A DNA stretch of 64,000 nucleotides from Takakia lepidozioides (GCA_030704615.1 CM060732.1:73284001-73348000); one strand, 5' to 3'; shown: positions 12,164 to 24,315, counted from the first letter of the stretch. Notes: generated by a model from the letters alone, not told the origin. Made by a program: numbers and translations.

Positions 12164-13773
12164 CACTTGCTTCATTGAAAAGAAGAACGTGTAAGGAATT
12201 ATACCTTCGGGCCAACATAAATCTGTTGCTCAGACGACATCTGCTTGAGCTTGGGAAGTGTGACTCAGTAGTGACTTCTTCAACTCAATGAAGTTTGCTG
12301 ATGCCAATGTAACATGCACATTCAACAAAAGATTATCAAGCTGTATGTCAGTTGAAAGATTGAACGACCAAAAGATCATGCAGAGCTGCGGTGGTTGCAG
12401 AGACATTATCAATTGAACTTTGCCCATATTTGTGTGTGTGAGAGATACGATCATCTGGCCGAATTCGTACTAGCTAAAAATCCTCCAACCAAGGGTCCGT
12501 TAGCTGAGTGGTGACCTCAACTTGGACGACCGAGGAATTGTGGTATAGGACATGACTCTAGTGTTGTCGAAATACAAATGCTATATACCAAGAGATATAT
12601 GGTCGTGGGTACCCACAAGGAAGAAAGAAAATGTCATTACAAATGAGTTAATCCTGCAAGCTAGTAGCTGAATACAACAAACATACTAGTCATCATGCCC
12701 TGCATCTCCACCAAATATCATGCTGCCCCACTAGAAATTTGGCCACACTTCTCTATTATGTTAGGATATGTAGTTTTTTTAGAATATGCTAGATAGTCAG
12801 AGTGGATCACTTGTAGATGATGGCATCCACTCATATAATCTCATGGACCAACTCATATCCATTTATCTACCACACTAATATTGAAGTATCCAATGAAACT
12901 CACATCCACCACCGTACACCTCAATTAACCCCTAATGGACGAGGCGACCCGTTTCGGGTCGCATCAGGGTGGCTACAGAATTCATCCACGATGTAACTTC
13001 GTCGGATGACATCGGATGAAAACAATTTCTGAACGAAAGTTGTGCGCCTTGATGTCATGCACCCGCCTGTTTTTATGGCACCCTAAAATAATAAAATCCC
13101 TGCTGTCAGTGATTTTTTTTAGTGTGCAGGGGTGCCCAAATTTGGGTGGTTCAGGGCCTCCAGCACCTTTGACCTAGTGATGTGGCAGGCTAAAGGGGTG
13201 AGGGGGCGATCAAAAGCCGACGACGGGTTTAGGCATGGGGTTGCATGTCCGCCCGTGCGGACACACCCAAGCACCTGAAATAATGATGATGACGGGCCCG
13301 GCAGGTGGCGGGAGCGGCTGGGTATCTTCTCGGGCACAGAGTCTCCAGCCTTCCTTGCACCTTGCTTACGGGCAATTTCTCTCGATTGTCGCTGCTTTAT
13401 GTTTTTGCTGCGCTTGTTTTTGCTATCGTCGCATGCAGCTGATTTGCAAGGGGGGGGGGGGTTCTACGCGTGCTCATTATGAGCGCAGCTCGAGCTGCAC
13501 ATCCACATACTTTCCATGCAGGAAACCAGCGGGAGTCGTTCCGTTTTGCGAGATATGGCCTTGGAACTTGATCTTCCTGTTTCTTATGCATTGACGATGT
13601 TGTTAGGGTTCAATTTGGAGGCGTTGCTGCTTGTACTACCTGCCGTCACAGATGCTAATGCGCGCTGCTTTTGTGTGTGTTCATGTGTGCTGCATTTCTG
13701 TATCTTCATCTCGCATGTTTTCTACATAGGCTTGCATTCATTGGGGTGAGTTGGGGTAATCTGTGTGGGGGTT

Positions 13774-14229
13774 ATGGAATGGATGGCACCTAAACGCAAA
13801 GCCTTGGATGCAGGTGAGCCACCACCACCTCCACTCGAGCTTGCAGGTGCAACAGAGATTATAAGGGATTGGGCTGTGAGGGAGCAGCATTGCACTGAGG
13901 AGCAGTGCAAGGTAATCTTAGGTTGCATGTGTCAAGAGTTCTTGTGTAGTTTGCCTCCACCGCCACTTGCGAATCGGTGGCCTCGTCACCCACGTCCTTA
14001 CAATTTCCGCTTCTTGTTTAGGCGTCAAGTCGCTCTTGTTCTTGGTTGGAGAGAGAGACGAGAGGAAAGAGACAAAGAGGGTTTTAGTGATGCCGTGAAT
14101 TTGGTTCCGAGAGAAGATATCCGGCCCGATGCCGACAGTCAAGCGTCTGAAGGACATGGCTCGTGCAAAGAGAAGTATTCCTGTAAGTGTGATGGCCCCT
14201 CCCAAAGGGGTAGTGAGGAGAAAAAGTAA
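13774..14229 (+). CDS. piggyBac-internal upstream ORF (151 aa from the ATG), unknown function, possibly the frameshifted N-terminus of the transposase
   Basis: Open frame starting MEWMAPKRKA (NLS-like), followed by Pro runs, a Cys cluster and NFRFLFRRQVALVLGWRERR. It overlaps the transposase ORF by 101 nt. Confidence 0.5.
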   Translation: MEWMAPKRKALDAGEPPPPPLELAGATEIIRDWAVREQHCTEEQCKVILGCMCQEFLCSLPPPPLANRWPRHPRPYNFRFLFRRQVALVLGWRERREERDKEGFSDAVNLVPREDIRPDADSQASEGHGSCKEKYSCKCDGPSQRGSEEKK

Positions 14230-16114
14230 TGTCCATGGAGAGAATGCTGGAATTGGGAGATTGTGTGCAAGTCCTGCCTTTTCCATTGACTGTCAAGGTG
14301 GAATTTTGAGTCAGGCGCCGGTGATTCCCCTCATGGGATTGACGAGACCTACTTTGGGTGAGTTGCATCCCAACACGGGTGCGTTATTGAATGTGGGTGC
14401 TTCTTCTTCGGCTCCTGTATACCAGCACGATGGGGCCCATTCAGCTTTTGATGATTTGTTGGGGGACAATGATGGGTACGTGGGAGACTCTGCAGATGAG
14501 GCCGATTGGGATGTTGAGAATCTTCAAATGGAGAGTGATGGTGGTGATGAACCTAACCTGGATTTTCTCAACTTGTTCAAGCCTTGTACCTGGGAAAAAG
14601 GAGTGGGCATCGATTTTGTAAGCGACAGAGATGCTTTTAGTGGCCCCGACCCTGGGCCTTGTCTCCTTGACATGAAGGGTTTCACTCATATTTGGTTTTT
14701 TCACCTGTTTTGGAGGCAATCTGTACTCGAGCGGATTTGCAAAGAGTCCAACCGCTATGCATGTGAAGCGTTGGGTACAGGGACTCGTGGAGGGCCTCGT
14801 TGGAAGGAACTGCAGGTTCCTGAACTGCGGGCTTGGATTGGTGTGTGTCTGTTTATGGGCATGAAGAAGCTGCCCCATACTCGTTGTTACTGGCAACACT
14901 CTGAGGTGTTCTTCTCTTGCCCTGTCATCCACAAAGTAATGACCCGAGACAGGTGGGAGGCCATACTTAGATGCCTGCACCTTGTCGACAATTCCACTCT
15001 GGTCTCTGATCGCTCAAGTCCCAATTTTGACAAGTTGGGAAAGTTTAGATGGGTTTGCGATGAAGTAGTTGCTAGATGCAAATCGTTGTGGAATCTGCAC
15101 AAGATGTTGACGGTGGACGAGCTTATGATCCGTTACAAGGGGAAATATTGTTCGATTAGGATGTACATGCCAAAGAAGCCATGCAAGTGGGGCATAAAAG
15201 CTTGGGCGTTGGCTGATTCAGAAACGCATTATGTGTACGATTTCTCTTTCTACTATGGGAAGAATGAAAAGGGCCCTGAGGGTGACAGGCCAAAAAGTGG
15301 CAAAGGTGAGGGTTATGATGTTGTCACCAGGTTTGCTGCGGGATTGCATGGTTTGGGGCATGTAATTGTCACTGACAATCACTTCACCTCGGTGCAGCTT
15401 CTCTATGACTTGGCCCAAGTTGGCACTTGGGCCACTGGCACAGTCAGATTAAACAGGAGAGGCCTTCCTCCCTCTTTGATTAGGATGAAAAAATCTAGGA
15501 CTGCCAAGCAAGGCCAGTCACGGTACAACATGCATGCTTCTAAGCAACTTGCTGCAATCTTGTGGTGGGACAAGAAAGGGGTATTTCTATTGTCTTCTGC
15601 AGCTAGGCCAGCATGTAGGTCTTCTTCTCCTATGTCTGTAAGACGATTCGTGGGACACCAGAGAGTATCAGTGCCATCTGTTCCTGCACATGTGCAGTAT
15701 CAAACATTTATGCGAGGAGTAGATGTGCAAGACCAGCTTCGAGGTGCGTACAGCTTGCAGCTACACACAAAGAAGTGGTGGCATCGTGGATTCTTCTTCC
15801 TTATGGACACAACAATGGTGAATGCATATATTTTGCATTCAGCCCATGTCACCAAGATGGGCCGGCGGGCCATGAGCCATTTGGAGTTCAATTTGGCGCT
15901 GGCTTATGCATTGACAGCAGTGACCTGCACAGACAATATGGAGGGCATTGGCGATGGGTCTTGCACATTTGTGCATCAATGCCTTCACACAACGCAGAGG
16001 CGGTTGTGTGGTGTTTGTCATGTGCGCACTCATTACTACTGCCCTGGATGTGAGGGCAAACACTTGTGCATTGGTGTGTGCTGGAATGAGGCACATCGCC
16101 ATGGATCGAGGTGA
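14129..16114 (+). CDS. piggyBac transposase (DDE_Tnp_1_7 / PGBD-like), 661 aa, uninterrupted
   Basis: Catalytic triad contexts TVDELMI, VTDNHFTS and MRGVDVQDQ. Also YMPKKPCKWGIK, ATGTVRLNR, KKWWH..F..L.D...VNAYIL, and a C-terminal Cys-rich domain CGVC..RTHYYCPGC...LCIGVCWNEAH. Confidence 0.96.
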   Translation: MPTVKRLKDMARAKRSIPVSVMAPPKGVVRRKSNVHGENAGIGRLCASPAFSIDCQGGILSQAPVIPLMGLTRPTLGELHPNTGALLNVGASSSAPVYQHDGAHSAFDDLLGDNDGYVGDSADEADWDVENLQMESDGGDEPNLDFLNLFKPCTWEKGVGIDFVSDRDAFSGPDPGPCLLDMKGFTHIWFFHLFWRQSVLERICKESNRYACEALGTGTRGGPRWKELQVPELRAWIGVCLFMGMKKLPHTRCYWQHSEVFFSCPVIHKVMTRDRWEAILRCLHLVDNSTLVSDRSSPNFDKLGKFRWVCDEVVARCKSLWNLHKMLTVDELMIRYKGKYCSIRMYMPKKPCKWGIKAWALADSETHYVYDFSFYYGKNEKGPEGDRPKSGKGEGYDVVTRFAAGLHGLGHVIVTDNHFTSVQLLYDLAQVGTWATGTVRLNRRGLPPSLIRMKKSRTAKQGQSRYNMHASKQLAAILWWDKKGVFLLSSAARPACRSSSPMSVRRFVGHQRVSVPSVPAHVQYQTFMRGVDVQDQLRGAYSLQLHTKKWWHRGFFFLMDTTMVNAYILHSAHVTKMGRRAMSHLEFNLALAYALTAVTCTDNMEGIGDGSCTFVHQCLHTTQRRLCGVCHVRTHYYCPGCEGKHLCIGVCWNEAHRHGSR

Positions 16115-18658
16115 CATTTCCAGCTGCAACTGCAACTGGTATCGTGCTCTGTTGGCGTTTCTTGTGTGTGTGAGTGTTCACAGGGTGGCGGGGCTGTGAT
16201 GGCAGGTTTGGTGGTCGCTGTTATGGAGTGCGTTCGTCGGGTGCTGCGTTTCGGGTGCCCAACAATTCCCCATAAATTGATGACGTAGCCCGATTTTTTG
16301 GGCCGGAATCCTCTGCCGGCTCAAGCATGAGTTCCCCGGAATTTGGATTCAAGTAGAAATAGACCCAAATGGAAATCTATGCATGTAGATTGGTTAGAAT
16401 GCTTCCCAATTTTTTATGGTGGTGAGTTTCCACCCAAAGAACAATATAACCAGAGGAACTGACATTGTGATGAAAATTTGGACACATTTGGGGCAGATTT
16501 GGGGTCAATTGTAATGGAGAGCATGTTTGACCCACCAATTTTCCCATACAAAGCAACCCTCATGTGGTTTTGGAATTTGGTTCTAGAATCTTGGCCCAAG
16601 GTGCTCTACATGCCAGGAAATTACAATCTGGGTATGCTGTATCAATGAAAAATCATTTTGCCAGGCCAATTGCTTGGTCAAACCATTTTTTCACTCCAAA
16701 ACTAGAGCACAATAAATATTTACAGCTTACATTTTTGTTATAATCTTCCTAATGACACGGTGAAATCACTTGAAATTTTTACAGTAGGTTCCTGAAGTAG
16801 GTAGGATTACTTTCATACGGTTTATCCCCCTAGATGTTTGCCAAATGTCAGATATGCCCTCAAACATGAGGACATGTTCAGTTTTGGCATGGGCCCACCA
16901 AAAATGGGCTCGTCCATTAGGGGTTAAACACAGGCAGATTTAAACTATTGCAACTATGTTTCTTGTATAGAAATAGATTTCGTTATCACTTTGGATCAGC
17001 TTAATCAAGGTCCTTAATCTTATAAAATGTGTTGTTTCGACCACTGTTGGTCTGGTATCAGTTTTAGGACATACCATACTGGTCCTGGTTCTAGACGTGT
17101 TACAAAACTTCCATACCAATCTAGTCTATATAATAGTGGTGTTTAAATCGGAGATGCTTGGCTCCTAATACACTGATCACAGTGTGTGTGCCTCATGGTG
17201 TAATCGGGGTTTTAAATTTTTTCCCCTCTAAATAATTTATAATAAATATATCAGAGATACAACCCCCCCTGTTTACAAAAAAATAAAAATGTGCGGCTTG
17301 GCACTAGATATCCAAGAGTTTGCAAAAGAAACAACTGACCGTGGGTCAGTGGCACTCAAAGCGATTAAGTGTTTTTGTGCCTTGCCCACATGCATAACGG
17401 AGGTGATCTAGGGTTCAAAGTGTCCATTTTCCAACGGAGTGTGGGAGACCTTTGGGACTATAATTTGCCCTTTGGTCAGTGGCCACATAAGTTACTCTAG
17501 TAGATTAGGGTTAAACAAATTTAGGGTTAGAGAGAGAGAGGGGATGCGGAGCATATTCACAGCACCGTCGCTGAGCCCACGTGCCCAACAGCAAAGATAG
17601 TTCGTGGGGCCAGCAGGGCTTCAATGCTTTCCTCGGATCGCGTGCATCCGAAATCGTTTGTGAGAGATTGTTGTGTTTTGGAGATGGGGTGAACAGCTGC
17701 GGGGATCGGGTCCGGGAAAGGCTGATCCTTGACGAAATTGATAGTGGTAGCAGGCGGTAATGACAGCTTCCCGGCATTTTCTGTGCTCGAGGTCTGGTTG
17801 CACCTGTGTTGATAGCAGCTCGCCACGGTGTGAATGTCTTCCTCTTCGCCCTCTTACTAAGGTATGCCGTCACGGAGTTTTGGTCTTTGGAGGAGAGTTG
17901 GGTCAGCAACCCACCATGAGTTGATCATCTACATGTTTGGTCCACATGCAATTGTTTTCTGGTTGGGAGCTTACAGCATTGACAAACTATCACATTGCCC
18001 CCCTCTAGTAATCGTGAACGGTGTCTGCGGTTCTAGAGTGTGTGGCGACAAGCTTTGACAGGATCTGCTTGATGCTTTTAATTTGGAAGTTGAAGGCTGA
18101 TTTGTCTCCCGGAACGGAGGTGAAGCCACGTGTGGACGATGTTGTGGGTGTATTCTGGTTGTTCGAGCTCCAGCCCTCCATAATTTCTTGCTACCTGATT
18201 TGGACATCCCTTTTCTAAGAGAGATTATAATGAGCTGAAGCTGTTTGAAGACAAGTTGGTGCTTTTCATAATGTTACTCCTCAGTTGATGGATTGCATAA
18301 AATACATTACATCCCTTCAGTCAATTTGGAGAATACAGATTGTCTCTCTTTGCCTGCAAACTGTTAAGCATGGACTTGCCTAAGCAACATGACTTAATTG
18401 GATCTGGTGCACCTTTCAGTCTCTTGAATCCAGGGAAGTTCAGCTCACAAAGGTTTTGTGGTCTTGCTGAGATCGCCAGACATCACTGAATTGCAAGAGC
18501 CCCTCTCTTTTAACAGCAGCTGTTGCTCACGTTGAGCTGTCCATAAGGCGTTCACAGCGACACCTGGCCCAGCAATGCTCTCTATTCAGAGAAATTGGTG
18601 ACAAGTGTTTGGGGCAAGGGCAGTGAAGAGAGTGAGCCAGAGAGACACTCACATCGAG

Positions 18659-21600
18659 ATGGAAGAGCAGGGCAGCCAAATGGAAGGGAGGCTGGAGGGA
18701 GTGTTGCCGCAGAAGAGGCAGAAGGCCTGGGGGGGCCAGGGTTTGTGGGAGGGTGCAAAACCTTTTGTGTTTGGTGGCGTGGCTGGTATGCTCGCCACTT
18801 CCATCATCCAGCCCCTCGATTTCTTCAAGGTAGTATGCTCGGGAATGTTTCCCATCTTTCATCTGCGAGAGGAGAGGAGATTTGCCTGTGCACTTGCAAT
18901 GCAACCTCAAATTGAACTTTTTCTGGTGTCGCAGTAAAAAGTGAAACACAGAGAAGGCATCATATCCAGGAGATCTTGCAACCATGTGGAATCATAACTG
19001 AGAGTAGTTTCATATGAAATGCCTCTATTGTTTACCAATTGCAGCTGCTTGATTGCTAGGGCATCATCCTGGGGGAAGTGGACAGTTAAGTGTCAGTGAA
19101 TCTTACACGGATTGTGCAAAAGAAACAACCCTTGCCTGATTCTTTCACTTTAGTGTTCTCTGAAACTTGTCAAATCCAAGCAAACGATTCAGTACAGTGG
19201 AAGTGAGAGATGTATAAGACTCCTTACTGTTTCTACCTCCTTGGGCTTTTCCATGGATTTGGATGGTGAATTTGAAGCGTGACCCCTTAGATGAAAATCT
19301 GTCATTACCGGGCCCGAGGTAATGACTAAGGTGAGCCGAATGGGATACGGTTAAAAGCACGCCATTTGGGACAATTTCCGACCCTCACTTGAAGGGATAC
19401 AAGGTACTGTTGGAAGGGTCTAGTGCTACCACATTTCCTTTGGACCAACTGCCGGTGAGCCAGCTTGGAAGTGACCTGTCTTTGCTTGGTTGAAAGTATC
19501 CATTTGATCCCTTTGGCTTCTTGCAGGTGCGGTTGCAGCTAATAGGAGAGGGAACAATGGTTGCCCGCCCTTCCGTGCTTCAGTTAGCACCAAGCATTGT
19601 GAGTTATTTTTAATGTGGAGTTTGTACATTCACACACTGTGTTTAGAGTATTGGACAGGATTTGTTGCATCTCAAGAGTTTGTTGCATCTAACTGTATCT
19701 CAAGAGTTTCTGCTTTTAAAACCAAGTGTATAGTGTGATTAAGAACTTTTGTGAACTCCATGCCGGCACATCGGCATGTCATGTGTTGCTGACTTATGGG
19801 GGAACGGCACTTGGAAAGGTGTTTACGCTTCTAGTTGAGCGTAGAATCTGGGAATGACATGTCTCTCAAAACTTGAGTTTGATGGATACCTAGATTGGCT
19901 GTTGAAGTATTGGTCTTGAGTCGGTTGCATGCGGGAGGGCATAGATCAGAAGTGAAGGAGTGGGCATCATGTACACAGGACTCTCTGCGGCGCTGCTTCG
20001 ACAGGCCACCTACACCACTGCTCGGATGGGTAATCTTGTATGCTTGGCTCTGATTGCAGAGCATTTGATCTAAATTTTGTTGTTTTCTGAATATGATGTG
20101 GAGATAATGATGCTTCTTAGAGGACAGGGAAACCTGTAGGATTGGGAAATATGTCGATGAGTCTGCTGTCCAACCTCAGCCACACTGTCTCCTGGCACTG
20201 GGGAGCATGACATCCTTAAAATCCTTACATGGTAGAGTCCTTGTTAACATGAGAACCCTTGGTAGGCCCACAGATTTCTGGTAGGCTGTGGTTGCTTGTT
20301 TTCTCTTATTCACAGCAGTATCTTTCAATAACATGTATCACGTTAAATCTATTCACAAAACTGCTGGAAGTGGGCTTGGAGGCAGGTGTTCCCACAACTG
20401 CAGTCTGAGAAGGTGTCAATGGATCTGATGTGACAGGAATATTCAGATCATTGAGTGATGCTCTGTCGAAGGAGGGGAAGCCTCTGCCATTTCATGAGAA
20501 GGCCGCCTGTGGCCTGGTGGGTACTCTGAAGCCAAACTTATAAAACTCCATTGTACTTTCGTTTCCGATTGTTCAAGATGAGTTCTGTGTCCCCCACCAA
20601 AGTGGATACATGCATTCAGACTAATGTTACCAGGGAGCTGTCAGCCCTAGTGGGGGTACATGAGCTTTGGTTATCCAAATTGCACTTTTAACCCAGGTAT
20701 TTCCCTAAGAGAAGCAACGAAATAGATCCCTAGGAAGATTTGGTGGCAATCAATCGATTCTGCTATTGATTTAATCAGTGGCCCCTGTCAACATCTAACT
20801 GCTAGCAACATGAGGGCAAAGCTGCTTGAATCTCATAGCCTGTTCCTGTGAAAGCTAAAATGCAATGCTGTATGATTCGCAGCAGTATTAGTCATGGCTT
20901 TAATCTGAGGTTTCTTACACTGCTTCTTCTGCTTATAAAGATCAAAGTGTAAAACAAGTGTTCCACCTGTTTTACATCTGGTAGCCACTATACAGAGGCA
21001 ACCTTGGCAGATTTTGGTCTAAGGGGTTAAATCTTCCCTATATTAGTGTTGATTTTTGGAGTTAAAGGTCTCATCTTGTCTGCAGCTGACTGCAGTCAAG
21101 GATGCATTTCCTATGTTTGGGTTTGCTTTGTCGATATTGGATATGGAATGCATTTCATTGGTTCGTTTCCCCAGCCTTTACTAGTTTATGCACTACGATG
21201 ATATTACAATGGAAGTGTTCTTATCAAACTTCTGTTACCTTCTTCAACATCCATCTGCCCTCCTTAGCAAATTATACACTCGCTTTTCTGGAGAAATTTA
21301 CATGGGTCAATCTTATATATACTAGGAAAATGACACTATCATCTTGCGATTAGGATTACTGTAGCTGTGGTTCTACTTATTGATTAGTGCTTAGGGATAC
21401 TTCCAATCATCTGTAACTCGAAGAGATTAGTCAGCTTGTAAATCTGAGTAGCTCTCAAACTGGGGCAAGAATCTTATTGTAGCAGCAGCTAACTTTGTCC
21501 AGTTTCCTCTAATTTAGTGCAATGAGCAGGAAGACTAGGTGATACTTTCCCAAATTCAGTTGGGGTAGTCTGCTGACATCCCTGCTTTCTAAACTTCAAG

Positions 21601-24315
21601 ATCGTTGAAATATTGTCGAAATTGCAAATGTGGAGTTATAGGGGCATGCAAGTAAGGATTGAAGGATTTGTATTCGCTACTGTACATTGACTTTTGAATG
21701 ACTTACATGGACTCCTTTTAAAGGATCAGTACCTTACACATTCGAGTGATGTTCAAGGCCTTTGCGTCAGTGAGTCATTTGGTAGGACTTTGTATGTTTA
21801 TGTTCATCATCTGAAGGGTAATGGCACTGGATGATTCACTGCTGACAGAAACTTTTGCCAGGTAAATTGCTGTTTTACGAATCGAGATAACAATTTATCT
21901 GTCTACAGGTGGCAGGGGCGCTAGGCTCGTTAATAGGTAACCCAGCAGATCTGGCCCTCCTACGTATGCAAGCTGATGGTTGTCTCCCTTATGTTCAACG
22001 CCGTCATTACAGGTATGTTTTGCTATCTGAGTCCAAATTCCCACATGCTTGTTTCCTCAACTGCTGGGCTATACACCTGTGATGTTGCTATTGAGGAAGA
22101 TTACACCAATTTATCGAGTGGTTTAAGACGGATCTGTAGTATAAGTAACAAATTATCTGAATTGCAGACCCTACATTGAACTGGATTTTATTCGTGCTTG
22201 AGCTGGTGGAATACTTGTGATGGGATGCAATGGATTTGTGGTCTGCTAGTGAGTGGCTTTTAAAGAAGGCTTTAGGTTTATTGGGAGAGGACGGGAACTC
22301 TGTACATTGTGAGATTCTTCAAAACACAACCCTCTGTGTGGGTATTGGCAGGAATGCCTTCGATGCACTACTACGCATCATAAAGGAAGAGGGAGTGGTG
22401 CGGCTATGGCGGGGAGCAGTGCCTACTGTCACACGTGCTATGGCAGTCAATGTTGCCATGCTGGCAACATATGATCACACGAAAGAGGTATATTAGATTA
22501 AGGAGTGAATACCTCCAATGTATCACATGTAGTGTCTTCATAGTTCAACAGAGGATGGCTGAATCTGGAGTTGCATGGATTGAATCCCGGGTGGGGTGAG
22601 GGCAGGCCATCATTAAGCACTGGACACACAAAGATTCCTTCATTGCTCAATTGGGGGCTAGTGCTGTGTCTGGTTTCTCCATTGCTGCCTTCAGGTGTGT
22701 TTCTGCTTGCATATTTTCCAACTCACGTGGCCGTATTCTGCACATAAGGGGCATGAGCCAGTGCAACAGGATTCACAGAGGAACGTGTTGCTGTATCTTG
22801 AGAAGATTTTGTAGCTCTGTCTAGTCCACATGAAGAAGGGCCTTATGAGTGCTTTGCTTATTGTACTTCTCCGATTGTGCTGCCGTATGTTGTGCCTTAG
22901 GGGGTATGCCTTGGAATAGGTTAAGTAGGTCCCTCATGATGTTTGATTGCTTACAGTTTGTCACTGGGAGGAGACTTTTGGAGAAATGAATTTAATGCAG
23001 GAATAATCTGAAAAAGTATCAAAATGTTAGCAGCCTGACTTGACATTTCTGTGTATTGTTTCTCCTATGTGAAAATGGCAGCCTACCATTTGATTTTGTA
23101 AAGACGCGAATCCAGAAGATGAAGCCACTTCCCAATGGCTCGTTGCCCTATCGCAATGCCTTTGACTGTGCCCGCAAGGTACTCTCTACCTTTTTGAAGC
23201 GAACCTGTACGCTCCAGTTCAGATATTTCAACTGTGACTGTCTTCTATACCTTTTCATCTCTGTCGCTCTATGTGTGGTTTTGCTTTCATCCTCCTCACC
23301 TTTGTGGGTCAGTCTTCTGTATTCCAGAAAAACTGAGGATAGGTATTTGAAGATTCTAAGTCTGTGTATACAAACATGCGTGACGTTTTTGTCTACATGT
23401 AGTCGTTAGCTTTTTTGGAACACACTCATGAGCTATTGAAGGTATCAGAGTGTGCTCGTGTTTGAGTTAACCTTATTGTGAGATATGGAGAGTGGCTAAG
23501 GAGTGACTATTATAGTGACTATGAGAGTGGCTATTAACAACTATGGAGAATGGCTGGTTCTGTTGACTAAGTTTGTGGTTGTTTGGGTGAGGTGACAGGT
23601 GTTGAAGCAGGAAGGAATTACTGCCTTCTACAGGTACTCCCTCTCTGCAATGCCTTGCTTGGAATTCCACTATTTCTTTCAAAACAATTTGCACGAGGAA
23701 CTTGTACTTCCAATTCCTTGGCTGTCTTTTACTGGCACTGTATGTTGGCAGAGCCTGCGGACTTCACAGCCTTATCTGTGTAAGCCATGGTTCACAAAAA
23801 GGAAGATCTATAACTGACTGGTCGTCCGGACATGGTAGCGGCTTGTCTCGAGCTCTGTTTTGTTGTTCTTTGGTTTCTGTGGTTGCACTGAGTCAGTCCA
23901 TAGAGGTCCATAGAGGCTTCAAAGCTTCTGCATCAGTATATACTTTTGTGACAGGAGGTGAGGGGTGCCCTGGGGTCTCAGTTCCACATCTAATTGCAAT
24001 CCAAAGAGAAGGCTGGGTTTGGGTTTGAAATTCTTCTCAGGAATCCTTTGACTTGGGTGTGTTCTCTCACCAAGTTTAGGCCCCTTCAGCGTAGTCTTTA
24101 GATTGCATTCAAGCATTTGGTAACAGCAGTATTCTCAGAGTGCAAGTAAGAACTACTACTATTGTACAACAATTTTGAAATCTGTGTTGGATGTGTGTGT
24201 GATACTGTCTGGCAGGGGGTTTTCGACATACTACATGCGATGTGCACCACATGCCATGCTAGTCCTCCTCTTTATGGAGCAATTACAAGCGACTGCCGAT
24301 TACTTCAGAATCTAA
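18659..24315 (+). CDS. DTC: Mitochondrial dicarboxylate/tricarboxylate (2-oxoglutarate/malate) carrier, SLC25 family, 322 aa. Exons: 18659-18829, 19527-19598, 19945-20029, 20437-20516, 21909-22012, 22352-22487, 22606-22694, 23082-23178, 23599-23633, 24216-24315.
   Basis: Three carrier signatures (PLDFFKVRLQ, PADLALLRMQ, PFDFVKTRIQ), plus KPFVFGG.AGM.AT, GLSAALLRQATYTTAR.G and PTV.RAM. All introns are GT-AG, the phases are consistent, and the exons sum to 969 nt. Confidence 0.93.

Larger units (their letters stand above)
10030..12900 (-). pseudogene. Decayed multi-exon coding-like sequence of unknown family, interrupted by a solo LTR
   Basis: Protein-like frames are broken by TAG/TAA/TGA codons compatible with C->T changes. 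After removing the solo LTR, a donor at ~12204 and an acceptor at ~11397 join in phase (..DLCWPE-VFSYESG..). Confidence 0.3.
12929..16923 (+). mobile_element. Complete piggyBac-superfamily DNA transposon (3995 bp)
   Basis: TTAA at 12925-12928 and 16924-16927. Perfect 15-bp TIRs CCCCTAATGGACGAG (12929-12943) and CTCGTCCATTAGGGG (16909-16923). Internal piggyBac transposase ORF. Confidence 0.97.

Noticed and set aside
17500-18260. Coding-like minus-strand stretch ending near TTAGGG motifs
   Set aside because: Frames are broken and no domain or element boundary could be identified, so it is left unannotated.
21015-21030. AAGGGGTTAA resembling a piggyBac right end (also ~27741-27750)
   Set aside because: No matching left TIR was found, and the second case lies inside an LTR.
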